Position numbers and translations under genes: made by a program. A stretch of 63,581 nt of DNA, the filler included, from Octopus bimaculoides (Eukaryota), in assembly GCF_001194135.2 (NCBI RefSeq). It is 6 parts of 6 records of this genome, joined end to end, with 100 filler letters (N's around TTAATTAATTAA, not from the genome) between each part and the next. Parts side by side here need not be neighbours in the genome. Positions count along the whole stretch, not along the records: positions 32,958 to 56,558 come from NC_068982.1; positions 56,659 to 60,944 come from NW_026422452.1; positions 61,045 to 62,125 come from NW_026437903.1; positions 62,226 to 63,581 come from NC_068985.1; 2 more parts are not named here. The stretch is one strand, 5' to 3'. Position 1 is the first letter of the stretch, and every line of letters begins with the position of its first letter. This document shows, piece after piece, positions 51,431 through 63,581 of this stretch. The notes beneath the pieces are model-generated. The model made no database searches, had not been told where the DNA came from, and was given only the letters and a program-made list of their open reading frames with translations.

Positions 51431-51859
51431 GTTTGTTATTCCATTTCTGATTTCTCATAAAGTTTTGTTTTATCAATATGTAAATACAAACTTTTGTTTG
51501 CTATTCTACATTGGCTGCAGTAAAATAGCAATTTAGGCAACTTAGGTTAACTATGATTTACGCATAAACCTTAATGTAGTTTCTGACTTGTCCTCACAAT
51601 TCTTGCATTACTAACTTTACTGGTCTTAGAAATTATTCCTTTAAGAAATGGACAATCCAAGTAGAGAACAGCAACAAAAGAGACCCACTAAAGTTATTTC
51701 AATATTTTAAAGAATTGAATGTAATTATGGTGATGAGGAACCAACAAACTATCATTGACTAATGAAGATGTTTAACTTTTATTAGTAATCTGTATTATTG
51801 GCTCTAGAATATAGTTGTGAATTACAGCGTTTATTATATTTTGAAACCTTTATTTCTAG

Positions 51860-51999
51860 CTCAAACAAAAGATGTTGACACAACAATAACCAATATTTTG
51901 GAAAATCAAAGCACTTCAGAAAATAGTAAACCTACTTCTGGTTCTTCACCTGAAAATATATCCAATGGATACACGACAACAGAGGTATTACCAGCTGCT
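51860..51999 (+). CDS. AUP1: AUP1 exon, CUE domain C-half: AQTKDVDTTITNILEN...EVLPAA
   Basis: tctag/gtaagt; matches human AKTGCVDLTITNLLE. Confidence 0.9.
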
Positions 52000-52507
52000 G
52001 TAAGTCTTCTAAAAGATTCATTTATTATATTTCTGGCTGATGCCAGTGCCGCCTGACTAGCACATAAAAAGCACCATTCAAATAATTAAGCTATAGAATT
52101 CTAATCTAGCCATCCTTTATATTATGGACTCTTCTAAAATATCATATTATATATAGTGTCGTAATTCACTTTAGCCTGCAATAATAATTTTAACATTATC
52201 TGCTTGAAGATAATGGCCTAATTAAACATTTGGTTTTAAAAATCATCTAACTTATCATATCTTTTAAAGTTTTAACTTTGTGAATCTATTAACTCTGATG
52301 AGAGAAACATAGAGAACTGCTATGGTTGGAGTTAGCTCACCCATAGCAACCTATATCATTCTCTTTAAAATATGAAACACTTCATATCTTCATATATTGC
52401 ATACTGGAGAGATCACATTATTTCTATCTCTGATCTCTTAACCCCTTAGTTTAATTATTTCTCTTGACTCAGGAATTTTTACTATATTGTTTGCATTTCT
52501 ATTCTAG

Positions 52508-52642
52508 GATACACCAAATGTCTACAAATCTGTAGCATTCTCATCATCAGGAAAAGTCCGGCAGCAGTCATTAGAAGAACGTAAAAATCAAATGTTATTT
52601 AATGCCCGTCAGAGATACCTTCGAAAGCAGAAACTTAATTGA
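52508..52642 (+). CDS. AUP1: AUP1 last coding exon (G2BR-like): DTPNVYKSVAFSSSGKVRQQSLEERKNQMLFNARQRYLRKQKLN*
   Basis: ctag acceptor, TGA at 52640-52642; matches human FAKSSWARQESLQERKQALYEYARRRF. Confidence 0.92.
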   Translation, partial: DTPNVYKSVAFSSSGKVRQQSLEERKNQMLFNARQRYLRKQKLN

Positions 52643-53251
52643 ACATTACTTGTAAGGGATAGAGGAGACAAGTGTTTTGTTCCTTTCTCCTTTCTCCTCT
52701 CCACATAGCTACATCTTATTCCTCACATCCTACCCTTTTCCCCCCTTCCATCTCTTTTTGCTTCTCCTTCTCATTCTTCTCTTACCTTCCATCCACACTT
52801 CTTTGATGATGCATTCTATTTTGTGGTTGTATCCATTTAGTTTGTCTCAATCACCATCAATGATTGTTTCCCTGGAATCTTGCTAGCAATATTTTGATTC
52901 TTTCAAAGAAAGTATTTGATCAAATGTTGGAGGAATTTGCCAATGAAGTACACCCTTGCTACAAGTGAACTGGGCCTCTTTAGAAATTTGGTATAAAAGA
53001 GTAAGAGGTGGAGGTGTGTATGTGTGCGTGTGTGAGAGAGAGAAAGAGCATGCAATCATTTGCTTGCCTTCAGTTTTTATGTTTTTATTTTACATCTTTT
53101 CAATATATTTTGGTTTGGTTTAATTTCATGCAAAAAATAAATACTCTGGATCCAATTTTTGCTGTGAGTTTTTAACAGGTGTAATCTCCTTGTTTAAATA
53201 GCACGGCATCAGGATTCAGCATCTACAAACAAATCAAGAGCTGTACAAACA

Positions 53252-53300
<49 letters not shown>

Positions 53301-53822
53301 AATCCTCTGTTAGTGTGCTTTACATGCATTTGTGTGCACTGCTGTGGAGTTTGGGATTTGTTTTTGTTTTTTGTTTTTTTGTGGATTTGAAGTTCTTACA
53401 GAGTGGATTGTGTATGGATGTACACACACTAGGCAAATTGAAGTTAAGATAATTCAAAACATTTGAAACATTTTGATGTTTTTGCAGGTTTTTATTAATT
53501 TTTTCCCCCTTATTTTTCTTTTTAGTTCCTATTAAAGCTTTGGTTTTTCAGAAATTTAAACTTTTAAAAATTTATTTGTGTGTGTGTGTGTATAAATATA
53601 TACACATGCATAAAACTTTATTACTCTGCAAACTCCTATGGAAATATGGGAAGAATATGTGTATATTTACCTTGGTTATAAAGATTTCCATAGTTGTTGA
53701 CTGTTATTAAAAGAAAAGAGATGATCCAGTGGATTGGAAGCAATAATGGATCAAAACACACTTGTTCTAATGGATTGGAGGCAAATATATGAACCGACTA
53801 ATTAAAATTCAAGACTTCTGGC

Positions 53823-53828
53823 AATAAA
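53823..53828 (+). promoter_or_regulatory. Possible AUP1 polyadenylation signal
   Basis: AATAAA about 1.2 kb after the stop, followed by T-rich sequence; common by chance in AT-rich DNA. Confidence 0.25.
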
Positions 53829-54672
53829 ATATTTTTTACTGAGTAATATTCTCTTTATTTTTTTTACTTCTGCCTCACTAAACTGCTTTGATATTTTGTG
53901 AACACTATCAGACTATGAACTGTGAAGTAAGAAAGTGACTGGTCAGCATCAGATAATTTATGTGGGAGAGCTGTCTACACTTGAATAGACATATAATTTT
54001 AATTGATGATTGGTGCAAGAGTGCTGTGTGTGCAGACAGAGGAAGGTACCTGGGTAGAGAAAATTTTGAGGAGAAAATGGTGAATTTTTCTCTACTATAG
54101 ATCACTCGACTCGTTTCATTATGCAAGAAAAAAAAATTAATATTAAAACAATGGCATTGATGAATGCATATGTGTGTATAATCCTTGTCATCAGTGTCAT
54201 GCTGGCATAATCATTAGTGTGTTGGACAAAGATGCATAGCAGCATTTCTTCTATTCTTTATGTTCTGTGTTCAAATACCACTGAGCTCATCTTTGCTTTT
54301 GATCCTTTCAGAGTTGATAAAATAAAATACCAGTCTAGTTCTGAGGTCAGTTGAATTGACTTGCCTCCTTCCCTCTAAATTGCTGGCCTTGTGCCAAAAT
54401 TAGGAAGAATTATCACTGTCATTTTATGTTAGCTTTCCACGTATCAAACAAGCTGTCATTGTCTGAGACAGTTCATAGTTGGAGCTGCTGTTCTAGATGG
54501 GACAGAGAACCACATTTTACTCAGTTATTTATTTTTTTTACCTTGGTTTTTATGGTTACTGTTTTGCTATAATAGTAAGGAAAATATGAAAGACATAGAA
54601 AGCTTGCAATAGTCTTCATCATGAGAAAATAATTAGATTGACCATTGCCTAATGCAAGGAATTCAGTGGCAG

Positions 54673-54712
<40 letters not shown>

Positions 54713-55349
54713 TTTTACAATCATCTTCTATACAGACATGGGTTAGATGGCTTGATGGGTTCTGACATGTTGGATGATATATACATAATCATCATTCTAA
54801 CAGCCATTTTTCTATGCTTGCATGGGCTGGATGGAATCTAATAAGGCAGATTTTTTTACATCCAGATACTCTTCCTGGCACCAACTCTCATTTGTTTCCA
54901 AGCAAGCTAATATTTCCCCATGACCAGACATGACAGTGACAACCATTTTACAACTATCATGGAGTAAAAACAGGAAAATACATATATATATACGATGGGT
55001 TTCTTTCAGTTTTCATCTACCAAATCTACTCACAAGGATTTGGAAGGCCTGGGGTTATAGTAGAAAATACTTGTTCAAGGTACCACACAGTGGGATTGAA
55101 TCTAGAACCAGGAGGTTGAGAAACCAGCTTTGAATTTTCTGGGCAGGGAACACAGACGGGGGCGTGGGTATACTTCTTGCGAAAAAATGGGTGGATAAGG
55201 TAATCGAGGTAGTCAGAGTATGCGATAGAATACTTAAGATCAGATATTTGTGACTTATTTGGAGTTTTCTGTTGCTTTTCCTTAAAATATTGCATAATGA
55301 AATCAGTTCATTCTTTTTGAATAACCCTGTGTATATATATATATATATA

Positions 55350-55762
55350 TGCGTAGGAGTGGCTGTGTGGTAAGTAGCTTGCTTACCAATCACATGGTTC
55401 CGGGTTCAGTCCCACTGCGTGGCATCTTGGGCAAGTGTCTTCTACTATAGCCTCAGGCCGACCAAATTCTTGTGAGTGGATTTGGTAGACGGAAACTGAA
55501 AGAAGCCCCGTCGTATATATGTATATATATATATATGTGTGCGTATATGTATAAGTGTATATGTTTGTGTCTGTGTTTGACCCCAACATCACTTGACAAC
55601 CGATGTTGGTGTGTTTACGTCCCCGTAACTTAGCGGTTCGGCAAAAGAGACCGATAGAATAAGTACTAGGCTTACAAAGAATGAGTCCTGGGGTCGATTT
55701 GCTCGACTAAAAGCAGTGCTCCAGCATGGTCGCAGTCAAAATGACTAAAAGAAGTAAAAGAG
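55350..55762 (+). mobile_element. SINE family B, full length
   Basis: Matches the 28257 and 36746 copies. Confidence 0.85.
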
Positions 55763-56208
55763 TATAGTGGGTGGGGAGGGTATGTGTCTGTATGAATCTA
55801 TATTTTTATACCTAAAAAAGGTGTGTGTGTTTAGAATTAGACTTTTGAAATATATAAATTGACCAATGGACACCTCTCCTATGTGAGGTCATGACCTACA
55901 TATATCTATGTTCTTATATGCATTTTCCTGTTTTATTTTTATTTATTTATTCTTTGGTTTCAGTCACTTACAATTTCACAATACTTTTCTGTTTATAATC
56001 TATTTCCCACTTCCCTCATGCGTTCTCTTTCTCACTATGCATTCTTATTTTCCTTTCTTCCACTTTTTCTATCTGTTGGGTGTATTTTTTATTTATTTAT
56101 TCACACTGTTTTCCATATATTTTTGTTTATCTCTTTTATAGCTTCCTTAGTTTTCCTTCTTTCCTTTCTTTCTTTCTCTTTTTATCCTCTCTACCTGTTT
56201 TCTTTTGC

Positions 56209-56558
56209 TGCCAATGTTCTGCGCCGTGAGGACCAAAGACTCGAGGTATTTCGTGTTGCAAGACAGTGTAGGAGAGAGAATAGTGATGTTGTAGGAGAGA
56301 AATGTGTTCGCATGGATGATGGTATGCTTGCATTAAATGAGGATGCAAAGAAAGAGGTCTGGAGATGCCACTACGATAGATTGCTTAATAAAGAGAATGC
56401 ATGGGAGAAAGAGAGCCTGCCGTATGTCGACCCAATAGAGGGACCAGCTATCCGAGTTGATAGTACCAGGGTAGATAAAGCAATTAAGAGTATGAAGACC
56501 GGGAAAGCCCCCGGCCCATCAGGAATCACTGCAGAGATGCTCAAAATATCTGGCAGTG
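56209..56558 (+). mobile_element. 5'-truncated RTE LINE running into a gap
   Basis: ANVLRREDQRLEVFRVARQ...KAPGPSGITAEMLKISG; same family as the element at 15287. Confidence 0.88.
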
Positions 56559-56797
56559 NNNNNNNNNNNNNNNNNNNNNNNNNNNNNNNNNNNNNNNNNN
56601 NNTTAATTAATTAANNNNNNNNNNNNNNNNNNNNNNNNNNNNNNNNNNNNNNNNNNNNAGATCAGGTCACTTGCTATGCAAGTACATCTCCGTAACTATA
56701 TATATATACTTTTATAGAAACAAAATGTTATACAGCTGAACAACTACTTCAATGCAGGAGAATTTTAAAAAATCTAGAATGTAATTTGTGATCCCAC

Positions 56798-56835
<38 letters not shown>

Positions 56836-57168
56836 GTAGTAGTAGTAGTAGTAGTATATTATTAGTATTAGTAGTAATATTCTTTTAACTCAAGTTTTTC
56901 TTGGAACTCCTGGGATCTTGCATGAGGAGTGGGCTTGCTAGTACTATGCTATTTATTCTCTTCAACCATCTAATACTTTCCTGATGATTCTGGCTGTGCA
57001 AAGGAGGCAAGAGCTCTACCTGGTGCTCTTTTCCTATTTCTTTTATATTCTTCTTGATATTTTTTGAAGATGAGAAATACAAGGTAATTGTGATGTTAAA
57101 ATTCACCAGTAGCACTAACTTTATATATATGTGTGTATATGTTTAGTTAGCCAAATAGATACCAGTAG

Positions 57169-57213
<45 letters not shown>

Positions 57214-57591
57214 NNNNNNNNNNNNNNNNNNNNNNNNNNNNNNNNNNNNNNNNNNNNNNNNNNNNNNNNNNNNNNNNNNNNNNNNNNNNNNNNNNNNNNN
57301 NNNNNNNNNNNNNNNNNNNNNNNNNNNNNNNNNNNNNNNNNNNNNNNNNNNNNNNNNNNNNNNNNNNNNNNNNNNNNNNNNNNNNNNNNNNNNNNNNNNN
57401 NNNNNNNNNNNNNNNNNNNNNNNNNNNNNNNNNNNNNNNNNNNNNNNNNNNNNNNNNNNNNNNNNNNNNNNNNNNNNNNNNNNNNNNNNNNNNNNNNNNN
57501 NNNNNNNNNNNNNNNNNNNNNNNNNNNNNNNNNNNNNNNNNNNNNNNNNNNNNNNNNNNNNNNNNNNNNNNNNNNNNNNNNNNNNNNNNNN

Positions 57592-57640
<49 letters not shown>

Positions 57641-59444
57641 AAATGAAAGAGCATGAAATATATTCTGCACAGATAATATATTCATTTGACATTGATACAG
57701 AGTATGTTTTTGATCTTTCAGCATCAATGCATAGAGATGGGTAAAGTTAGTCCTCATTGGTATGGTCAGTTCTATTAGATTAAGGTAGATAAAAATGTTT
57801 ACATATGTTATTGTCCCAATTAGTAAATTGTAAGGGAGACTACCAGGCTAAGGTGTATATTCACTGGCAAGGGAAATTACTCTGCATAGTTTGATGATGA
57901 AAATTTATCATCAATTTTGCTTGGTTCAGAACATACAACCAGCTGAAATTTCTCCAGGAAGAATGGTGTTTGTGACAAGCAGTTAGACAACATCGCAGAT
58001 TCTCTATTGAAGGATATTATGAGTTGTTTCACTATCTGATATGTTTCAGACTGGCAAAGTGTACAGTTACATGATCCATTGGCAAATGGAGTAGATCAAG
58101 TTAAAGTAAGGGTTTCACATACCTTAAGAAAGGGCTGTTTTCCTTGTTCCTAGAACTGAAGAAGAGCAGATATTGATTGTAACAGCTTTCAGGTTGTTAG
58201 CATTGAACTTGATGTGGTGCCTGCAGATGCTGCAGAAAGCTCATAAGCAAGTAACTAATGCTTTGCATACCACTTGTTTGGAAATGCAAGATCATTTGGA
58301 CAGACAATGAGACTGATGTCAAAAATTACAAGATAACTCTTGGGGAGAGAGCTGTGAAAATTCATGTTTCTAACTAGCCTTGTAACAATGGAAGCAACGT
58401 TGTTTAGGCATGAATAGCTAACCTTAATATTGTATGCATTAATAAGTTTAAGGTATTTTGTTTGTGGGTAGTGATACCTTACAAGGGATACAAAATTCTT
58501 AGATAAATTCATGGAAGCATCAATGTTGTATATATGTATGTGTGTATGCAGAGGGTGGGGAGACCAGCTTACTTTCCTTTCCTTAGCATTCTTCTAATAT
58601 AGAGTCCTTGATGTAAACAAGCTTTTCACTGAGTTAGCTTTTCCTGGTTTGCAACTCATTATAAAAGTAGAATATTTTGTTGAGAATCGCTTTGTCTAAA
58701 TATAGACTGGAGATTCTCTTCATTATACACCAACCAAGTTGATAATTATAGCTGGCAGAAAAGAGAGTGATTGTTTGTATAATGTCACCTGATTTGATTT
58801 TCTGTAAGGGTGTTGTTTATCTGTCTTAAAATCTCAAGTAATGTTTAGAAAGTTAGCTGTTGTTAGGTTATCTAACAGATACTTTCAAACTCTGTTCATG
58901 ATGTGCATGTATATATTGTAAATGATTGCCAGGTCATTATCACTGAACAGACTATGGTAAAGGTCACTTTCAATAAATATCAAGAATGAGTAAACCCCCA
59001 ATGCTGGGCACTACAGACTATCAGAGTTCTGCTTGGAGACATCAAAGAGCGAGTCTCCCTCTTACTTGACCCACAGAGTATGTTATGGTAAAACAACAAC
59101 TTCCTGACACACGGCACTACTCTCATGGCCTTTCCCTGTTCTTCCAAAGAGAACAAGTTTTATTAATGACCAAGGAGCACTTTTACCAGTGCCCCATATT
59201 TACATCTCCATTTATGAATCACATTTGAAAAAATCACAGATGTACATTATATATGTGTGAAACTTTAGATAAGGTTTCTTTCATTGGTGCATTTTTTAAT
59301 TGTACAAATTCTTCAATCATTCTTGTTTCGTTTTGTATTTCTATTGTTTTCTTGGTATGTGTTTTGCTTGTCTAACTTGAAGAATTATTTGGATATTTGT
59401 CTCTTTACCATATAATCTCACTTTTTTTTGTCACCCTCTCTCTT

Positions 59445-59512
<68 letters not shown>

Positions 59513-60499
59513 CATACATACATACATGCACCATGTGTTTATATGTAATTAACATGTGATAGAAATGATTTATAAACTGATATTTTTCAATGTAGATAAC
59601 AATTGCTAGAATCACTGAACCACTGGTGCAAAGAAGTACACACAGCATACAAAAATTTTTATCTTGAACGTATGCATTCTAAACAACACTTTTGGATGAG
59701 ACAACAAGGGAGCCTCTCTATGGTCACCTAACTTGCAAGAAATAGTAACCTAATCTTCCTTGAATTACATTGCATAATTATAAAAATAACATCAATTCAT
59801 GCAAGAAGAAAGGAATACTTAAATGTATTTCAATTTCTGGTGGCATGCCAAACACTACTACCACTTGGTGTTTGTCTTCAGAGAAGTTAACACTGCTGCA
59901 AGCATTCAACCTAACCCTCTGTTCTCAAGATAATTTGATATAATATTGAGTGGTTTCCTGCTGCTCCAACCAATGAGCCATGGGTTTTTTTATTTTATAT
60001 TTTTCTGCACCAGTCAAGGTTGACCTGCAAATAGTAACAGTTGCTATTCTTCATGCCTTAATCAAATCATAAAACTAATATATATATATCCCAGTGATGT
60101 AACAATTAAAAATACAATTATAATTAAAAATACAAAAGCTAAAAATAGACCTCTCTTTGAATGTTAAGATGAACGTAGGTAGAAAATTCTTGGCCCTAAT
60201 AGATATGTATTTTATAGATAACCATAGATACAGGAAGAGTTTTAACAGATGTTCAGTGATGTAATACTGAAATCACACTTCAAATGTCAGTCTGGATTTC
60301 TGCTCTTCTACCTAAAAAAATAAAAAAATATTCAAACAAATTTTTTGAGTGGGATTTGAAGCAACAAAGCACTTTGTCTTTAATTAATAGAAACATTATA
60401 ATTATGGTAAGAAGAGAAAGGAGAAGGATGAAATACAAATGGTTAAAAAAAGGCAAATCAGTAAAGTATAAAAGGCAATGTCTGATGAGATTAAATAAA

Positions 60500-60533
<34 letters not shown>

Positions 60534-61044
60534 TCATCATCATCATCGTTTAACGTCCGCTTTCCATGCTAGCATGGGTTGGACGATCTGACTGAGGACT
60601 GGTGAAACCGGATGGCAACACCAGGCTCCAATCTAATTTGGCAGAGTTTCTACAGCTGGATGCCCTTCCTAACGCCAACCACTCAGAGAGTGTAGTAGGT
60701 GCTTTTATGTGTCACCCGCATGAGGGCCAGTCAGGTGGTACTGGCAACGATCTCGCTCGAAAATCCTATGAAGGTCAGTCAGGCGGTACTGGCAACGGCC
60801 ACGCTCAAAATGGTGCAACTTATGTGCCACCTGCACAAGAGCCAGTCCAGGGGCACTGACAACGATCTCGCTCAAAAATCCTATGAAGGCACAAGCAACG
60901 ATCTCACTTGGCTTGCCGGGTCTTCTCACACACAGCACATTTCCNNNNNNNNNNNNNNNNNNNNNNNNNNNNNNNNNNNNNNNNNNNNTTAATTAATTAA
61001 NNNNNNNNNNNNNNNNNNNNNNNNNNNNNNNNNNNNNNNNNNNN

Positions 61045-61075
<31 letters not shown>

Positions 61076-62225
61076 CATTCACATACGTATATAACAGGCA
61101 CAAATACATATATGCATATACAAGCGTACACACAAACATACACACAAGCATATAATATTAAACTTAATATTCAGTTTCATACATATATATGTAATATAAT
61201 TACGTAATATATTATGCAGCATGCAACATTATGCTACATGCAACATTATGTAATGCACTATGCATGTGTGTGCGCAAAGTGTGTATGACAGAGTTCAAAT
61301 CAGTGGTGTATATCTGGTTTAAAACATTATATATATATGTAAATATGTCTATGAATATATTATTAATGTGATATATTTTTCCACATGCGTCAAATGTACG
61401 ATATCGTATGATACATACATACATATGTATATGTATATGTATATGTTTATATGTACAGGTGTATATATATTTGTGTGTATATGTTTAAGTACGTTGCATA
61501 AATAACTTTATATACGAATGCGCAGACAATCGCACAGCATACACGCAAACACAACATATACGCAGATATACATATATATGAGTATGCGTTTGTTTGTGTA
61601 TACATGTATGTGCTATATATGAATATATGACTTTATATACACACACACACATACATACATAAATACATACATACATACATGCATACACATAAAGGTACGT
61701 ATACCTGTATGAATATGTATGCATACACACCCAAATAGACACACACACATATATGTATATATATATATACATATATATATATTTGTGTGTGTATACGTAT
61801 GTATGTCTATATATCGTGCAGAGAATGGCCAAATATCAGAGCAGAGCATGTATTATTTTGTTTGTGTTTAATTACAATACGACTGAATTATTCCTCTGAG
61901 TTGATTCCGTCATTAAGTTAATGATGTTTAATTAACTTTAAATACACAACCTCAATGAGAAACTTCTGACGGAGTATTCATTACAGTTTCTATGGAAGCG
62001 TGTTTGGAAAAGTCTTGATACACATATGTGCGTGTATGTCATATATATACACACACATAGACACATATATATATATATGCATATGTGTATATATGTATAT
62101 ATGAATGAATATATACGTATGTATANNNNNNNNNNNNNNNNNNNNNNNNNNNNNNNNNNNNNNNNNNNNTTAATTAATTAANNNNNNNNNNNNNNNNNNN
62201 NNNNNNNNNNNNNNNNNNNNNNNNN

Positions 62226-62580
62226 GAAACCTTCACTCTCTGCTTTTAGCCCTGAACTTCGTAACCACTGATGCGTGCGTTTCTGGTCGACATCAGCTTG
62301 TTTGCTACGAGCCACATACTTGCCATGCAGAGGTTTCTGTTCCCATCTGCTAGCTAATTTTTCATGTGCTTTTGTCTTTGCAAGTAATTTTATTTTCTTT
62401 GCAGCAGCAGTTGGCGCATTTCCTTCAACCTGATCAAGCTGGTGGGTATCTAAGAGTTCGGTAGCGAATGTTTTGCTCTCTTTCAGAATAGAGTGTAGTC
62501 TTTTCGGTCTTTCATGTTTTTCAACAAGTTTCAGCATCCAACCGTTGGTTGTTTCAAGGTATTTGGCCAGTCCGATTGTG
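62226..62580 (-). mobile_element. 5'-truncated R4/Dong-like non-LTR retrotransposon fragment
   Basis: RWEQKPLHGKYVARSKQADVDQKRTHQWLRSSGLKAESEGF matches the WxxKxLHG...WL..G.L..ExEG motif; the 5' junction is at an (AAT)n array. Confidence 0.8.
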
Positions 62581-62615
<35 letters not shown>

Positions 62616-62879
62616 GATTATGATTATTATTATTATTATTATTCAGTAGTCTTATTTTTATCACTTGCTTTAAGTGCACTGCCGAACGCAGCGCTATGTG
62701 CCTGGGTATGTGCTGTGGTTTGTTGTGATACTTTTATTGCCACTGTAACGAAAGTGTTTTACGTAGTATGTGTGCGGTGCCTAGTAGTGTTATTTTCTGT
62801 ATGTTATATAAACTTATTAGTCCTAGTGTTTTTGTTATGTATTTGCCTTAATATTTTTAGTAAACATATATATGCATCT

Positions 62880-63581
62880 ATGTATTTACTTAGTAAGGAA
62901 ATTGAAAAGAATTATAAAATTACTAATGGATGGACGCTCAGAAAGACCAATTTGGATGTTAAGAAACTAATGGAGAAATATAATATTACGGACAGAACTG
63001 AACCTATAGTGCCGAAGGAACCGCTGTTTCTTCTTAAAGACCATAAAATTAATTTTTTGACTCAACCATCTTTGAGGCTTATTTGCCCGGCCAAATCTGA
63101 TATTGGGATTATCAGTAAAAGTATTTTGGATAGGTATATTCCTATTGTAATTGATAGATTACTTTTGAATTTATGCTCTAGTACTGATCAAGTTATTGAG
63201 TGGTTTCGTNNNNNNNNNNNNNNNNNNNNNNNNNNNNNNNNNNNNNNNNNNNNNNNNNNNNNNNNNNNNNNNNNNAAACAAATGTAATGCTAAATTTATT
63301 CAGTTTGATATTTCAAATTTTTATGTTTCTATTAACCCTAGCGTACTTAATAAGGCTCTTTGGTACTTCCATAATAACGCAGAGCTTACTAGGGATGAAA
63401 TAGAAGTAGTGTTAGCTGTTCGGAAGTCCTTTATTTCTTTTAATGATAAGATTTGGATTCGTAAAGATACTCCTAATGCTTTCGATGTTCCTTTGGGAAG
63501 TTCCGACTCAGCTCAAATAGCAGATGTTGTGGGTTCCTATATTTTGTATGAATTGGCTGATCAATTCCCTATGGTTAGGGG
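62880..63581 (+). mobile_element. Penelope-like element reverse transcriptase (partial; gap at 63210-63276; runs off the window)
   Basis: LKDHKINFLTQPSLRLICPAKSDIGIISKSILD...VIEWF | KFIQFDISNFYVSI...RKSFISFNDKIW...FDVPLGSSDSAQIADVVG; both blocks are open and carry PLE-type RT motifs. Confidence 0.85.

Noticed and set aside
51984-51990. Alternative in-frame donor gag|gtatta, 15 nt upstream of the AUP1 exon end
   Set aside because: Weaker than the downstream gtaagt donor and untestable from sequence alone.

Overview
Eukaryotic, AT-rich, repeat-dense genomic DNA with many N gaps. The SINE, RTE and microsatellite landscape looks like an octopus/cephalopod draft assembly (inference). One host gene is recognisable: the 3' part of AUP1 on the + strand, as nine GT-AG exons from 34151 to 52642 that splice into an open 306-aa frame (acyltransferase-like region, CUE domain, C-terminal G2BR-like helix); its 5' exons were not found. 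The rest is mobile DNA: HERO-like, R4/Dong-like, RTE, CR1-like and L2-like LINE remnants, a Penelope-like RT running off the right end, pogo and mariner transposase relics, piggyBac-, hAT- and Tc1-type MITEs, three tRNA-headed SINE families and microsatellites. Most ORFs in the supplied track are repeat artefacts. The most striking unexplained structure is a cluster at 7-22 kb of six long imperfect inverted repeats from several sequence families. Their arms carry minimal type I hammerhead ribozyme motifs with palindromic stem III, always reading outward from the centre; a stand-alone canonical hammerhead lies at 12774-12826 (-). No prokaryotic features or CRISPR arrays. All folds and homologies were assessed by eye; no searches were run.
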